Positions 12,038 to 27,671 of a stretch of DNA of 64,000 bases are shown here, one piece after another. Each line of letters starts with the position of its first letter. Position 1 is the stretch's first letter. The DNA lies in assembly GCA_039545335.1 (NCBI GenBank), contig BCIN01000001.1, positions 922,208-986,207 of the forward strand. Reading direction: 5' to 3'. This stretch comes from Kondoa subrosea (taxonomy: Eukaryota). The position numbers and the translations under genes were made by a program. The notes below the pieces were generated by a model that was not told the origin of the DNA, searched no databases, and saw only the letters and a program-made list of their open reading frames with translations.

Positions 12038-14140
12038 TCACATGAACTGAAAATGAAAATCAGCGGTCGTTAAATTGCAGCAGGTAACAGGACAAACTCG
12101 TCCAGCTTTGCTACCGAACCCTAATCCCTCTCCACCATCTCCGCCCTTGATCTTGCTTCGACCGACGTAGACGAGCGAATCCTTCGGACGGGCAATCAGC
12201 ACAAATATTTCCGGCGTGACAAAAGTACTCACGACAAGGCCAGCAACAGTCAATACACCTCCGACGATAGCCAATGTATCAGTCAAGAAGTGAGCCAAGC
12301 TTTGTCTAGTCTCCTTTTGGATAACCAGCATAGGTGAAATTTCGTAAGAGAAGAAAAGACCAGGTACGCCGGAGAAGCCATGCCTGTACATAGATCGCTA
12401 TCCCTAAGTAAAAAATGTACTTTAGAAGACTGCTACACACGATGTTTGATGACCTTGATCATCTTTTCCTGGTTTGTTCCCTTGCGATAGATCCCGCTCA
12501 TACTCAGTTACAGAGTACTGATGCGTGTTCAGTTGATCGCCAGAAAGAGTGACGAATTGAGTGGACACGACTTTGAGGAAATATTGAAACATGTAGTTCG
12601 CTGTGTGATCAAATAGGCATTGAATCAGCACAAGACTGATGTTGGTGATTCGAACGCACATTCTTCAGTATGTGCTCGCACTCCATCCAACGGGTTGACT
12701 ATTCCCAAAGCCTTCTTCAGTCGATCAGCTTCTTTCGGCGCTAACTCTTCGTTCTCTGATCCGAAAGAGAATTTGTGGATGCTGTAAGCGTGACGAAGAA
12801 GAATCCATCAGTGCCACACTGAGAACGCTGAACATCGCTTACATATGCCCAAAGTCATGATTGTTACCTCCCTGCAAGTAAGGTACCAAATCGTGAACGT
12901 GCATAGCATTAGATTGGAACGATCGCCCTGGCGAAAGATGGAAGTTGCCAATACTGTAAGCGAGAGATGGACTAAGCATACAGATGCGGCGCAGCCCTTC
13001 TCTACATACACTTTGTTGACTCTTACTCGACCAGCGATGTTGCAACCTTCTGTAGCTTGTTCCGCAATCTTTTCTGACCATCCTTCTTTAACGCACTGTA
13101 ATATTCGCGACCATGTTAACTCAGACTGAGCAAGGAGATCGTGTTCTTACCTGATCTATCGTATCTGGATTCGTAAAACTCCATCCCCTTCTGACATAGG
13201 CTTCTCGTACTTCCTCTGTTGAGATGCAGTGACCAAATCAGGTTTGTGTAATCCTAAATGAGCAAGCACACTGACCGCAGGTATTGCAGCAGCCGCTCGG
13301 AGGGGGCGTGCCGCCATAACAAGACCCACAGACTGTAAGTGTCTGTTTCAGGACTCATCACTCTATGAAGGCTTGAAAAACGACCTACAATTCTCATCTT
13401 GCGAAGACACAGAGGCCACTCGTTCCAATTCTCCTTTCAGCTCTGTTTGATAGGGCCAACGTTAATAAGCTGTACACTCATAGGACGAATGCCTCAGCAA
13501 ACCTTTGCCAGTTGGCGCATCGAGCAGATTACCAGTCTTATCTAGTCTGGTCTTGGTCATATCATGATTGACATCTAGACGACTGTTACACAAAGAAGAC
13601 AAGGTACTAGAGCCGTGGACGAACCATTCTGATGTTCGCCTGAAATGTCCATGATATCCACGCTGAGAACTGTCAAAAGATTGGATGGCCTGATCAGTTG
13701 AAGTCTGACCAGAGCATTCCTTCCACCGACGATAGCAAGGCACTCTTGGGAAAGTGACATTGAGGTTGACGACTAATTTCTCGCCTCTTGATTTATCTAC
13801 TACTATCGAAGGTTTCATTCGTACTTGACGATACTCAAGGAATTCGGCTAGTGTGAGTGAAGCGATGAGGAAGAAGGAAACTAGGGAGACTGTTTATACA
13901 GCAGCTTGAATCACTGGATTTGCGCAAGCGAAAGTAGACGAACGCATTCCGCCAAAGCCTGTCTTGACTTTGACATCGTCCATTGTCTGTCAGAGAGTGA
14001 TTCCTAAGCTGCTGCTATACAGCTAACGAGGCCAATCTCTGACCTTGCCAAACGCATCGAGACCTCTCAATCTAAATGCGGTTAATCATCAGCTACGTGT
14101 CTATAGCAATCAGATGTAATGCTGACCCTCCGCGACCCAT
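12038..14140 (-). CDS. ERV46: ER-Golgi vesicle protein Erv46/ERGIC3
   Basis: LRGLDAFGKTMDDVKVKT, CGSCYGG, CCNTCEEVREAY, GNFHLSPGRSF, YMFQYFLKVVST, GVPGLFFSYEISPM, LAIVGGVLTVAG. Confidence 0.95.
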
Positions 14141-14515
14141 TTTGAAGCTAGCACTTGGGCTTGGACGAAAGATTCAAAGTAAATTCACGACGACCAAGTC
14201 TCGACAAAAGCTGTAGCTATCACGGCAAATCTGGTATCAATACAGCACACAGCTTGTTCTTCCAAAGAGCCAGTCTAGAGCTTCGGTAGTTAGAGAAAGG
14301 CGCGAAACCTCAGAATCTTGCTAGAGTTAGCAAAAGCTACAAATTTTGGCACGTGCTGCTGAACTTCCCCTCAAAGATTCGCTTCATCTCTTCTCTTCAC
14401 TCATCGACTTCTCTGCTTGAGATCCCCTTACATCCTACCTCGTACTTTCCATTCTTCTTTCTTCTCCGTGCTCAGCTTAGCCAGTCTCGTAGTCCGGCAA
14501 TCTAAAATTCTGAAT

Positions 14516-16507
14516 ATGCCTTCTTCACCGGATCACCCAATCGTGAGCTACATAGGCAAAGGAACATGGAGCTTGATAGAAGACAAGTAAGCCTTGCTCT
14601 GCTCGAAATTTGAAGCCCAAAGCATCAAATCTGGCCGAGATCGGTATCACATGTGAATAGCGGCTGACCGAGGTTCATTTCTGCTCTACAGGTTCTCAGA
14701 CTATGGTAAAGAGACTCTAACGAAAGTCATCAACTTCGTAGAGAACGAGTGCATTCCTGCAGAAGCCACTGTAAGTTTTTCTGCGCTAATTTTGGAGCCG
14801 CGTGTCCGATCGCTTGACTTTGGAAATATTGCAGTTCCACGCTCAAGTACCTCATGATAAAGAGCAAAGATGGAAAGTCATTCCATCCGTGATTGAGGAT
14901 CTGAAGAAGAAAGCCAAGGCTCAAGGATTATGGAACTTGTTCTTGAGCAAGAAACACTACCCTAAGCATGGTGTACCTCTGAGCAATTTAGAATACGGTG
15001 TCATGTGTGAGATCATGGGAAGATGCATCACGCTTGCGCCTCAGGCAATGAACTGCTCGGCACCGTGAGTTTCGATCGCAATATTGGTCATCATCTTCTG
15101 ATAAATTCCTGCAGTGATACTGGGAACATGGGTGTGTTGTTTGTTTGCGTATATTGTATCGTTGCTGACATTACGTTAAAGAGGTGTTTGCCAAATATGG
15201 AGTGAGCACACTACAACATATATTGGACCTGATGCTTATATCTCGCATAGACGGAAGCTCAACAGAAGCGCTGGCTCGAACCTCTCCTCAGAGGAGAGAT
15301 CCGGTCTTCCTTCGCGATGACCGAGAAGGGCATTTCTTCATCAGACGCAAAGAACATTTCTGGTTCGATTGTTCAAGATGGCGACGACATCATCATCAAT
15401 GCCCACAAGCAATGGATCTCTGGCGCTGGTGATCCAAGAAATGGTATTCATGTATGTCGAATTATCGATTTACTTGCCGCTTGCGACTAACTTATCGATA
15501 TCATACAGATTGTTGTTGGCAAGAGGTAAATCGACTGATCGATTGCTTTGCCTCGATCTTACAATGACATAGTGATCCAAATAACAAAAATTCCTACTTG
15601 CAGCAATCCATCGTTCTCGTTCCTGCAAAAACACCTGGTGTCAAACTGGTTCGACCAATGACTGTCTTTGGCTACGATGACGCACCAGAAGGTCACTTCG
15701 AAGTCAAGTACGAGAATGTGCGCGTACCGAAAGAGAACTTGGTTGCTGGTTGGGGACGAGGTTTCGAAGTTTTGCAAGGTCGTCTAGGTCCTGGTCGATT
15801 GCACCACTGGTCAGTTCAGTCTAACCCCAAAACACGTTTTTGCTGATTCATAGTAATAGCATGAGAGGTATCGGTGTAGCGGGAAGAGCTTTGGATGCTA
15901 TGATTGAACGTGCCACCGACCCTAAGAGGAAGACTTTCGGCAAACAAATGTATGAACATGGGACAGTCATTGCCGATATTGCGCACGCTCGAATTGCTAT
16001 CGATCAATGCAGATGGTTGGTACTCAGTGCAGCCAATCAGGTCGATGCCGGTGATGCAAAGAGTGCCCTCAAGGAGATCAGTGAAGCCAAGGTCAGTATA
16101 GCTCTCAATGCACTGGTCTCTAGGCTGATCAAGCCATCTAGATCGCTGTATTCACCGCTGTGCAACATGTCATCGATCGAGCTATGCAAGTTCACGGTGG
16201 TGAGGGTATCGATGGAGCTCTACCTTTGGCCTATCTTTGGGCCATGAACAGGACATTAAGGTGCGTTTGTAATGCTTTGAGCTATTGCCTTGCTAATTGT
16301 GTTTCAAAGATATGCCGATGGGCCAGATGAAGTTCACATTGTATGTTTTTTCGCCTGCTACGGCTCTTCGCATGCTGATCTGCCAAACAGATGCAACTCG
16401 GCAAGAGCGAGCTCAAGAACTCAAAGGCAATTCATGAAAAGGCAGCCAAGACTCGCGAGCTCACTCAAAAGTCTTTGAACCAATACGGAGTCAAGCTTCA
16501 TCTGTAG
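14516..16507 (+). CDS. Acyl-CoA dehydrogenase (ACAD10/11-like)
   Basis: [59 protein letters not shown]. Confidence 0.95.
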
Positions 16508-16877
16508 AATCCGTTTGTAGCATGCGCGCATATGTCCAATAGCTGTTGTGTAACGTTGCAAGAATCTGTCTCCTTTTTTTTTTTTTGCACAAAGTGTGTT
16601 TGATCAAGCTAAGTTTGACCTTGTCATCAGATATGATACAGCAGAACAGTATGGTGACATGATGGTGTCCAAGGCACACCACCTGCGCTTGCTGTGTGCG
16701 CCAAGGGATTCACAGAGATATGGAGCGGGAAAACTCAAACATGGTTGAACAAAAGCTGAGCCAGTCAAAGACAGTGTGACACAGAAGCATCATCGCACGA
16801 GAGCAGCAGCTCTTTATGAGCATTGCATTGTCTGTGTCATTCACGGTTTTTCAAAATACTTCGATAATGACCAGAAT

Positions 16878-18333
<1,456 letters not shown>

Positions 18334-18628
18334 CTTTGTATATGGAAGAGAGTAAGGAAAACTGCAAAGGTTGCGAATAACTTATATGCTCGGTCTCACG
18401 CGGTGGGCGACTTCTCGCTCTCTTCGGATGTACTACGATGTCTCGTTCTTTCAGAAGTGGACTTCTAGCAATGCGGCAGCCTTCCGCAACTTTGCTTACA
18501 ATCCATGACGCGCTATGAGCTTTCATTATATATATGTTTAATGGTATGACAATGGAAGCACGATAAAATGACCCAAAACTGAACAAACTCAACGAAGCAG
18601 AACTTGCATAAAACCTGTCTTCTGCCTT

Positions 18629-20898
18629 TCACTTCGCTTCATCTTCTTTCTTGGATATAGGTTCCACATCAAACAATCCAGCTACGCTCAAAGCGCTAGC
18701 TTCTACTCCACTTTTTCTACCTACTGTTCCTTTCCCATTCAACAAACGTAGGCTAGCCTTCCCGCTCGTCGCGCCGAAACTGAGTACCGAATGAGTTGAA
18801 GGTGAGATGGATTTAGCTGATGTGAGTTGAGATGATTTAGTCATTGTTCTCGCTCGAGGAGATCTACGATATTCTGAAGGAGATGCTGGAGGAGAGAACG
18901 AGACAGAAGAATGTTCCGCTAAGACAGGCATGGTTTGAGGCGGCGAGGAAGAAGAAGTTTCGGTTGTTGTGGTCGAGGAAGAGAGTTCTGGCGTGTGTAA
19001 AGGCGTATGAGGTAAAGATAAAGGAGCGAGTACCCGGGGTGTAGTTTCGACAGAAGGGAATATTTCATGGTATCTGTCAGGCACGAAGAGAAAGGCTCAG
19101 CGCGATGTTCGCTGTGCTTCCCAAGTGACTGACCTTGAAATCATCACACGCAACATCGAACCGAAAGTTGGTCGGTCCGAACTGAGCAAATCAGACCATT
19201 TCGAACTGCTTTTGCTAGCTTTATGTTTATGACCGCGAAATTTCGCAGGCGAGGATGTCTTGGAGGCGAAAGGATTGCTTCCGACTACATGACATAGAGA
19301 AACATCTCTTGCTAAATCATCTGACCGAAGAAAGACTGGCGCCATACAGACGGCAAGATTGTACGAATCCATCTTGTTTGTATCTAGTTCACCATCAGCC
19401 TAATTCGCTTTGCAAAATGTAACGACGCTGACCTGAGCGTAAAGAAATCTCATGCAGCAATTCAAGTACAGCAGTCATCAGCACAACTTCACATTGACCC
19501 GTTTCTCTCTCAGCCAATTCGACCAAGAATCGATCTCGAATATAGTCAACCACATCCATAGCCGTGCCATCGAAATCAGCATCTTTTATTATCGGACATC
19601 GATCAATCAGAGCATAATCTTGCAAAGTAATCAGAGGTGAAGGTAATTCGCGCAAGAAGGTTTTCAGTAGGGAAGCAGCAAGGGCATGAGCGCTTTCTGA
19701 TCCTCCTTGATCATATCGAGCTAGGTTCACTGGATGACCTCGATCATAGGCTTCTTTGATTGTTCTCAGTGTTGTAGCGGAGGGGGAAACACGAAAGATG
19801 CCCTCAGTTGCGAGGCCTGTAAATGATACTACTATTCAAGCTCTGCAGAGCAATCCAACTGGATCACTCACCTTCCTGCCGTAGTAGTCTGATACAGTCT
19901 TTGACGACATTCGGTAAACCCGCTTCTCCGTCGGAACCCATAACCTGGTCACACATCTGTAAGTAAAGCATTTACAACTCAGTGAAGTACTCACGTCAAC
20001 TAGCGACACTCCGAAACACAGGTCTTTGGCTGCTCGATCAAGCGGTAAAGAGATAGTCTGCTCGACTTTGAGATTATGCTCGTATACCAGTGGAGGGATT
20101 TCGATCCTGGTCTTAAATTCAGTTTCGGTCTTCGCGGTGTTGAGATACTAACAGAGTGATATCCACTTCCTTTGCCAGTTCCGATAGATTGGGAACAGCT
20201 TTCAATTTGCCTTTCTTGTTGACCTGTCGACACAACCGAATGTTAAATTAGGTACTATCCTGTGAACGCAAGGTAATATCGACCTTATTGCTGACTATCC
20301 CATTCAGAAAGACTTTCATGATCATCCTGGTCCAGAAACCCGGGTGCACGACAAACAGACGCTGAACATTCTTTCGAGCATTCCTTGAGAGATTGAGGTA
20401 TCTTGATATAAGCATAGGTGTACTGAGATTAGCAGAAGTAGGAGAAGCGAAGAAGACGAGCTCGTAAGGCGTTGAAACGTATTGCTCCAGTCGGAAGTCA
20501 TACAGTCTGTCCAGCAATTGATTCACGTTGCTTTCTTTTGGTAGATTGCATGGACAGAGTACTAATAGAGGTAGACCTGAAGCTGTTGTTCCCGCTTGAA
20601 AAAATACAGAAGCGAGAATGGCATCAAGTGCTTCAATCTCTTCTATTGTGACAGCTGAAGTTGAGGCTGTAGGTGACTGCGGCTCTTCTGGAGCAGCTGC
20701 AAACGGATCTTGCCATTCTTCTAAAGCCTCTTCTTTACGATTAGAACCAAAGACAGAGCTCAGCGCAGGCCGCTTTGAACTCGCTTTCCTGGAATTGGTA
20801 TAGCGATGTGTTGGGAATGCTCCAGGCAGTCGCGGGCTGGTATCTGTGTCCACCAGCAAGGACTGCAGGTTTCTGATAGTGCTGGAAACCTTGGTCAT
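18629..20898 (-). CDS. CRAL-TRIO/BCH domain + RhoGAP protein (ARHGAP1-like)
   Basis: FFQAG..YELVFFA..KNVQRLFVVHPGFWTR; EGIFRVSP; ASLLKTFLRELPSPL; NKMDSYNLAVCMAPVFLR. Confidence 0.9.
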
Positions 20899-21306
20899 GG
20901 TCTCGAGTCAACAAGCAAAGCGTATACGAGAGTGAGAAGTTGGACAGCGACTGCCACCGCGATTATAGACCGATACAGAGCAACTTAGAACTGCCCGGAT
21001 CCCTGCGCGACTAGAGAAGCTGCTTCAATTCGAAATTGGATGCGAAAGTCACATGTCCATTCAAGTTGGCAAGCCAGGGAAGCGTCTGCATTGCTGTAAA
21101 TCCTCATTGGTCTCTTCGCTGAGCTATTGCTTGTCGAACACCACCTCAGATGCTCGAGTCAGACTCACTGACACAGCTTCGGCCTTAACCTAGTCATTCC
21201 TGACTATCTTTCTAATCTCTCCATTCGGCTTCTCTCTTTCATACAATCATCTCCTAGTCTTATCCCTCATCTATATTCCACTGTGTCCTCTACATTCCCC
21301 TCGTCA

Positions 21307-23819
21307 ATGAGCGAACTCGTCTGTACTTCTCAGCAAAGCCGATATCACGTTGATACGCTCGATACCTCTCAAGATATAGATCTGCACGATGTCTGTATCA
21401 CTCTCGGTCGAAGAGAACTGATACAACATAGTCGGTTAAAGATTAAGGAAGGTGTTCGGTATGCTTTAGTAGCTCGAAATGGCGCTGGTCAGTCCATACT
21501 TTGGCTCCATACATAGGGCCTATGTGAATTTCTGTATACAGGAAAGAGTACTCTGCTGAAAGCCCTGGCGGAAAAAGCGATTCCAGGCCTTTCGAACACC
21601 TTACGAATCTTGTTGCTTTCTCAAATAGAAGATGGTCTACGAGACACAACCAAGTCTTCCGCAGCTGATATCTCAGTTTTACAACACGTACTTCAGGGAG
21701 ATGAGAAGCGTACTAATCTACTTCATAAGGAATCTGGTTGGTTTGTATTTCTGCGCACACCTCGTATCTGATCATTCTTATACTGCAGTACTTCAGCAAG
21801 CAATAGAAAGCTCTGATCCTCAAGAAACATATCGAATCATCGCACGTCTTGAAGTAGCTCAACGAGAAGAAGATCTTCAGCTCGCGCAAAAGATTGCTGC
21901 AAGGAGATCAGGAGCCAGAGGGAAAGCTGCTCGGGAGAAAGAGATCACTGCCGAAGTCGAATTTAAAGAAGCAGACTTTGCGTGAGTACGAATTCGTCAA
22001 GTGGAGAGTAATGCTCATCATATAAATTCCGTTCTGCTTGTTTAGTTTGGAGCACCTGCATATGACAGATGGATCTCTTTTGGCGGTCACGAAAGCTACA
22101 GAGATGCTGGAAGAAGTTCAACTCGAGCTAAGCATGGTGTGTCCATTGTTGTGTAAAGCTATTATGTCTGATGGGATTAGCAGCTCGATTCGGAAACGGC
22201 TGAATCAAGGGCAGCAGCTATCTTGATTGGCTTGGGATTCAGTCAAGATATGATGAAAGGAGCTTACAGCTCGCTCTCAGGTGGTTGGCGATCAAGATGT
22301 CCTTTAGCTATAGCTTTACTAGTTCAGAGTGATATTCTTTGTTTGGACGAACCTTCTAATTTCCTCGTATGTCAAAATTTCCTTCAACGCATTGAAGATA
22401 TTCATTTGTCACCAGGATCTTGAAGCGATTCTTTGGCTCGAAACCTATCTTTGTCATTCGACCAGGACTCTCATCATCACTTCGCACGACCAAGTCTTTC
22501 TCAACAAAGTCTCTGAAGAAACGATTATCCTGCGGAACAAGTTGCTCAGCTATTTCGAAGGAACACCCGAGGCGTTTGAGGTTAACGAAGCGAAAGAAGC
22601 GAAAAGGAAATTCACCGCTAAAGAAGCGCTTGATCGCAAGAAGGAGCATATTGAAAAATCGATACAGCAAGGTCGAGCTGCTGCAAAAAGCTCTGGTGAC
22701 GAGAATCGAATGCGTATGGTGAAATCAAGGCAGAAGAAGTAGCTCTTCTGCCCCGATTAGCTCTTCCATGAGACTGATCATCTATTCACAGATTGGAAGA
22801 GCGATGGGGAGTAGAGACCAGCGCGAAGGGCGGCAAATTCAAACTGAACAGAGATTTAGCAGGTTGGCGTCGACCAAGCAGATTGATAATTCCACTGATT
22901 GCTTAATACAGGCTATCATCTAAGTATGCGAGCGGAAGTCGAGATTGATCAAGCAGAACCACCTGTCAAGATTACAATATCCGATGCTGAACCTCTTCGA
23001 AGTCGCGGCAATTTAGTTCATTTTGACAACGTTTCCTTTCTGTACAAAGGAGCAAGAAAGCCTCTTCTGCAAGGTGTAACTTTCACTGTGCCCGAGAATG
23101 GTCGATGTGCTTTCCTTGGAGCAAATGGGCAAGGCAAGAGTACTCTTGCTAAACTCATTTTGGGAGAATTGGCTCCCACTTCTGGTTCGATAACAAGGCA
23201 TCCCCTGATGAAGATCGGTTACTTCTCGCAACATTCAGTCGAAGACCTCGCTCAGAATTTCGCAAACATTAGTGCTCTGCAATACTTCGTCAGACATTTT
23301 AACCAGCTTAATGTTCAAGTTCAAGAAAGCGATGCTAGAGCTTGCCTTGGATCTTTCGGGCTTTCAGGAAAGCTGGCTGTAGAGGTACCGATTGTCAAGC
23401 TTTCAGGTGGACAAAGAGTTCGGCTAGCTTTGGCCTTAATCGTCTTTCGACCGCCTCATCTGTTGCTATTGGATGAAGTCACCACCCATCTGGATCAGCA
23501 GACTATTCGCGCTTTAGGTAAGGCATTACGAAATTTCAATGGTGCAATCATTCTCATCACTCACGATCGGTTAGTACCGCTCTTCTGCCTAAAAACGTTC
23601 GCTGAGTAGTCTCACCTGTATAGATGGTTCTCTCGAGTCGTGGTGGAAGGCCATTGTTATGAAGAGGAAGACGAAGCGAGCGACGAGGAAGAGGCACAAG
23701 TCGGTTCGACGTACAAAGTAGGCGGCGGAAAAGTGAGATTGCTGCAAGGCGGTATGTCAGAGTACATTTCGTTTGTTGAGCGGAAAATTGCAAGGCGCAA
23801 ATACCCTCCAATAAGCTAA
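21307..23819 (+). CDS. Soluble twin-ABC ATPase, ABCF (Gcn20/Arb1-like) family
   Basis: Two cassettes: ARNGAGKST/LSGGWRSR/LDEPSNFLD/TSHD and GANGQGKST/LSGGQRVR/LDEVTTHLD/ITHD; no TM domain. Confidence 0.93.
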
Positions 23820-23881
23820 GGTTGTATACTACAATGTATCAACAAGAGAAGCTATTCTACAATCATGGGTGAAATTTGGCA

Positions 23882-26800
23882 TTACTCCGACAAGTCATCT
23901 AAGTCCTCTTCTTTATACGAAACCGCGGCTTTAGTTGCCCGAGTAGACCTGCTTGCTCGGGCGGGAGATGCTCTCCTTTGCGATTTGGCTGCAGCCCGAG
24001 TGGTTCTTGTCCTTTTCTTCGGTGCTTCATCAGGCGAGAAGTCGTCGCTATCGTCCATCTTTTCTTCCTCTTCATCGCTTACTTCTTGACGAGATCGTTT
24101 GCGAGGTGAAGAAGCAGATTTGCTCTTTGCAGCAGAGCTTCGACCATTCTTTTGAGGTGAAGAAGAGGTTTTCGCAATGACAGGCTTTACATCCTCTTCT
24201 TCTGAGTCGCTTGACAATGTAGTGACATCGTTCCGGGATCGATGCTTAGTCTTAGATGTTCCATTTGTTTCTGGGAAAGAAGGTAAAGCATTGTGAACTG
24301 GAGCTGGGCCAGAAATTTTGGCTGATGGTGCAGCTTTGGCCTCGTCTTCTTCTGCATCCTGATCGACTTCATGAAACTCCAATGTCTTCTGAGCATCATT
24401 TCTATTCAACTGTTGAAGCAGACTTACCTGACTTTGTTGAGCTTCAACGGGATTGGCCATGTCTCTTGCTTTGACAATAGGCTGTTTACTTTTGCTGCTA
24501 CTAGGAACTGGCTTGCCGGCAGAGGTAGCTGGACCATAGTCTTTCTGCAAACGGTTTCGGATCGAAAGACCAACGATAAGCTTTTTCCATCGCTTCAAAG
24601 CACGTTCTTGTTTCTTTGTGAAGGCTCTCTCGACTGCTGCATGTTCAGAAGCCCAGTATGCCTATGTATCAAAAGGTCAGGTCGTCTTAAGTTAAACGAT
24701 AGACGTGCTCACATCTAAAACAAGCTCCTGACTCTCGATGGGTACTATAATACCTTCTACAGCTGGAACAGCTCTGCGTTTGTGGAACTCGAAACCGGTC
24801 TGTTTTCCGACTCAGTTGCTACAGGGGTTGCATGGGCGAACAGCAGACTTACAACAGCGTCAGCATAGCTGACATCCAGCTTCTTTGCTATCTTCGCGAT
24901 GCCTTTGTCTGTCAGCAGAATACCCCTGTTAGCTTTACTGTTCAGCTCTTAGAAGCATTACTTTACATGGTAGATGTACGCCACCAGGCGGTAACATATG
25001 AGGAGCGAAAAGATCGACATTGCCATAACTGTTTCTCGGTACTTTGCCCTGTGAAAGAGGTCAGCCATTCCATACGTGTGATACGTTGGTGTAAAACGCA
25101 CATCCACAACAGGCTCTGGCACGACTTGCTTGGTCTGCCAATTCGCATAGAGGCCTTGAAGTGTATCCTCTTCTCGACCTTCCTGAATAGCCAATTCATG
25201 TGCTCTTCGCTTATTGATGGTTGCAGCACGACCTTTGACCATCTTCATCGGCTGTTCGCCTTCTTTGATCTGCAGACCGTCTCGCATATACTGCTCAGAG
25301 CTCTTCAAGCTAATCACATCGCAGCGACGATAGACTGGTTCTTCTCGAATAACTCCTAGTTGTTTCTTTGGGAAGATGACTTCATCACGAAGCAAATGTC
25401 GCTCGAGCGCGTATCTGTAGCAAAACATCAGCTGTACATCAAGCTGGAAATGCGGAACTACACATACAAGGGATGATTCTTGAAGGCAGAAATTGACGTA
25501 GGCATAGCTTCGTGTGTTTGATTTTGGTTGAGCTGATTCATTTCGACTTCATCTCGGGCCTATGCGATATTGTCTCAGAACAGGATTTTAGCAGAAGATT
25601 GATAAGCTTACCAGAGCAAAGCGACGCTTGAAGGGAGCAAGAGCGGTTTCCCACCAATCACCTTGACCGCCGGTCGAAGGAGCTCGAAGTTTCATGGTTG
25701 CTGTATACGCCTTGGTGTAGCGGGCAGTGACATCGCGTATCGAACCATCTGTGAGAGCAGGCTGCTATATTAACATCTTTAAGAGGCATATGGACAGCAT
25801 CATTCACCTTCTTCAATAGCAATAACATAGGACATCTTGTTCCACTTGCAAGTCTTCGCAGGCTCCATTTTGTCTGCGCACCGCATTTTCTTTCGGGTCA
25901 CGTCCACCACTACCCATTCTTTGTTTGCGCGATTGTAAACTTCCGCCCAGTAAACAGGACAGACCGATTCCTCAGAAGCATCTATAAGCCAAATTAGCCA
26001 AGCTTAAAACCCTCGATGAAGATAAAGTCATACCCGGAGATGGTGACCGCTCAGGATCTACTTGCTTGGTACTCTTAGTCTTCCGCAAGCGTACAGCAGG
26101 AACGAAAGGCTTTTTCCCCTTCTCATCTTCATCTGTAGTACCTTTGACAAATCCACCACCAATACTTTCGCCATCGCTAGCAATAGAGACAGGTCTTGAG
26201 CTACTTCCTTGATTAAGTGCTTTGCCCTTTCCTTTGACGTTTGAAGGTAAAACAGGTTCCATTTCTACTTCTTCGCTCTCTTCAGTAGCCGTAGCAGTAG
26301 TGGATCTAGTTCCTCCAGTAGGTATTCGACGTTGATTATCCCATTTGAAATCGCTAGTTGCTATACCAGCTCTTTTGGCTAATTTTGATATCCCAGTTTT
26401 GGGTTTCTTTGGTACTTTAGGTTTAGTTGGACCATCTTTCTTCTTGCCTTTACCCTTCTTATCGCTCTTCTTCTTCTTCTTCTTCTTCTCCTCTTCATCT
26501 TCCTCGTCTTCAGTAGGATCAGTCATTAAAGAATTCCCAGCTGCTCTCCAATTTAACGGTTGTAAGCTAACTACCAATCTCGCACCAATTCCTAAAGCTC
26601 TACAAAGACTAACAAACAATTGAGGTGAAAGATCTTTACTTGCAGACATGTTTAGAGCTCTCTTCATCAAACTTTGAGCAGATCGAATAGTTTCTCCTGG
26701 TGTTGGTCCTTTACCCGTATGGATTTCACCAGAAGCTTTAGGATCTTCAGCTAATGAGTAAATCCCATCGGCTATTGCTTCTGCGTAGGTTTTGCTGACT

Positions 26801-27598
26801 AGAGTAGCGATGGAAGGATTGATTTGAAAAGAGGTGTACCAGTAGGAAATGAGGTTCTTTAGTGCTGTTTCGAATAACCGAGATCGTTCGACAGCTTTGG
26901 CATGAGTGGTAGGAGAGAAAGAATGAAAGGCTTGAATTAGGTGCAGAGGTGTTTTCGAGAGTAGCCGAGCCTGTGCGAAAGAAGTCATAAGCTATCTGTC
27001 CTAAGGTATGATATATAATATTATAAAGACGAAAGCAAGAAGAAGAGCTGCATGTCGTGAACCTGACAAGCTGCGGCGTGAAACTGCAAGTGAGCAGAGA
27101 CACCCGTATAAACAGAAATGCTTCAGCACGCAGCAGAAGAAGGAGATGAGGCGATGAGGAAAAGAGAGAAGCAAACGATAATCACCTTGAGCAGATCATC
27201 ATTGAGTAGATCGTTTCTGATCTTGGTCGCGACAAGCAAGCAATAGACGTGCAATCGATGTGTTTCCGATCGTAACTTGCGTTCTATGCCAGAGATACCT
27301 TTTCGCCTTCAGATGCAAGATCAGCTTCCAATCACAATAACTTGGCTATGACGATCGTAAGTTTCACATACTTTGGTTTCTTGGATTTCGTGAATTGTCC
27401 AGCCGTGCCATTTTCCAAGACGATTTCAATACCTTCAGCTTGACCATCAGCAGCTTCTGGGTCGATGACTTTCTTCTTTGGTGCATTCGAATCTTGATCA
27501 GGTAAACCAACTTCCTCAAACTCCATTTCCTCATCCTCTTCATCATCCTCATCCTGTGCACCTAATCTCAAAGCAGCTGGGATCTCTTGCCCGCTCAT
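23882..27598 (-). CDS. RAD4: Nucleotide excision repair protein Rad4/XPC
   Basis: QLFVSLCRALGIGARLVVSLQP, YWAEVY, DVTARY, FKNHPLYALERHL, GLYANWQT, AVTGFEFHKRRAVP; acidic N-terminus. Confidence 0.93.
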
Positions 27599-27671
27599 TC
27601 CTATCCTGGTCCCAGTCTGGGGTATATTTTTCGAATCAAGTGCTTGTTCCAGTTCAACGAGTGCGAGCAAA

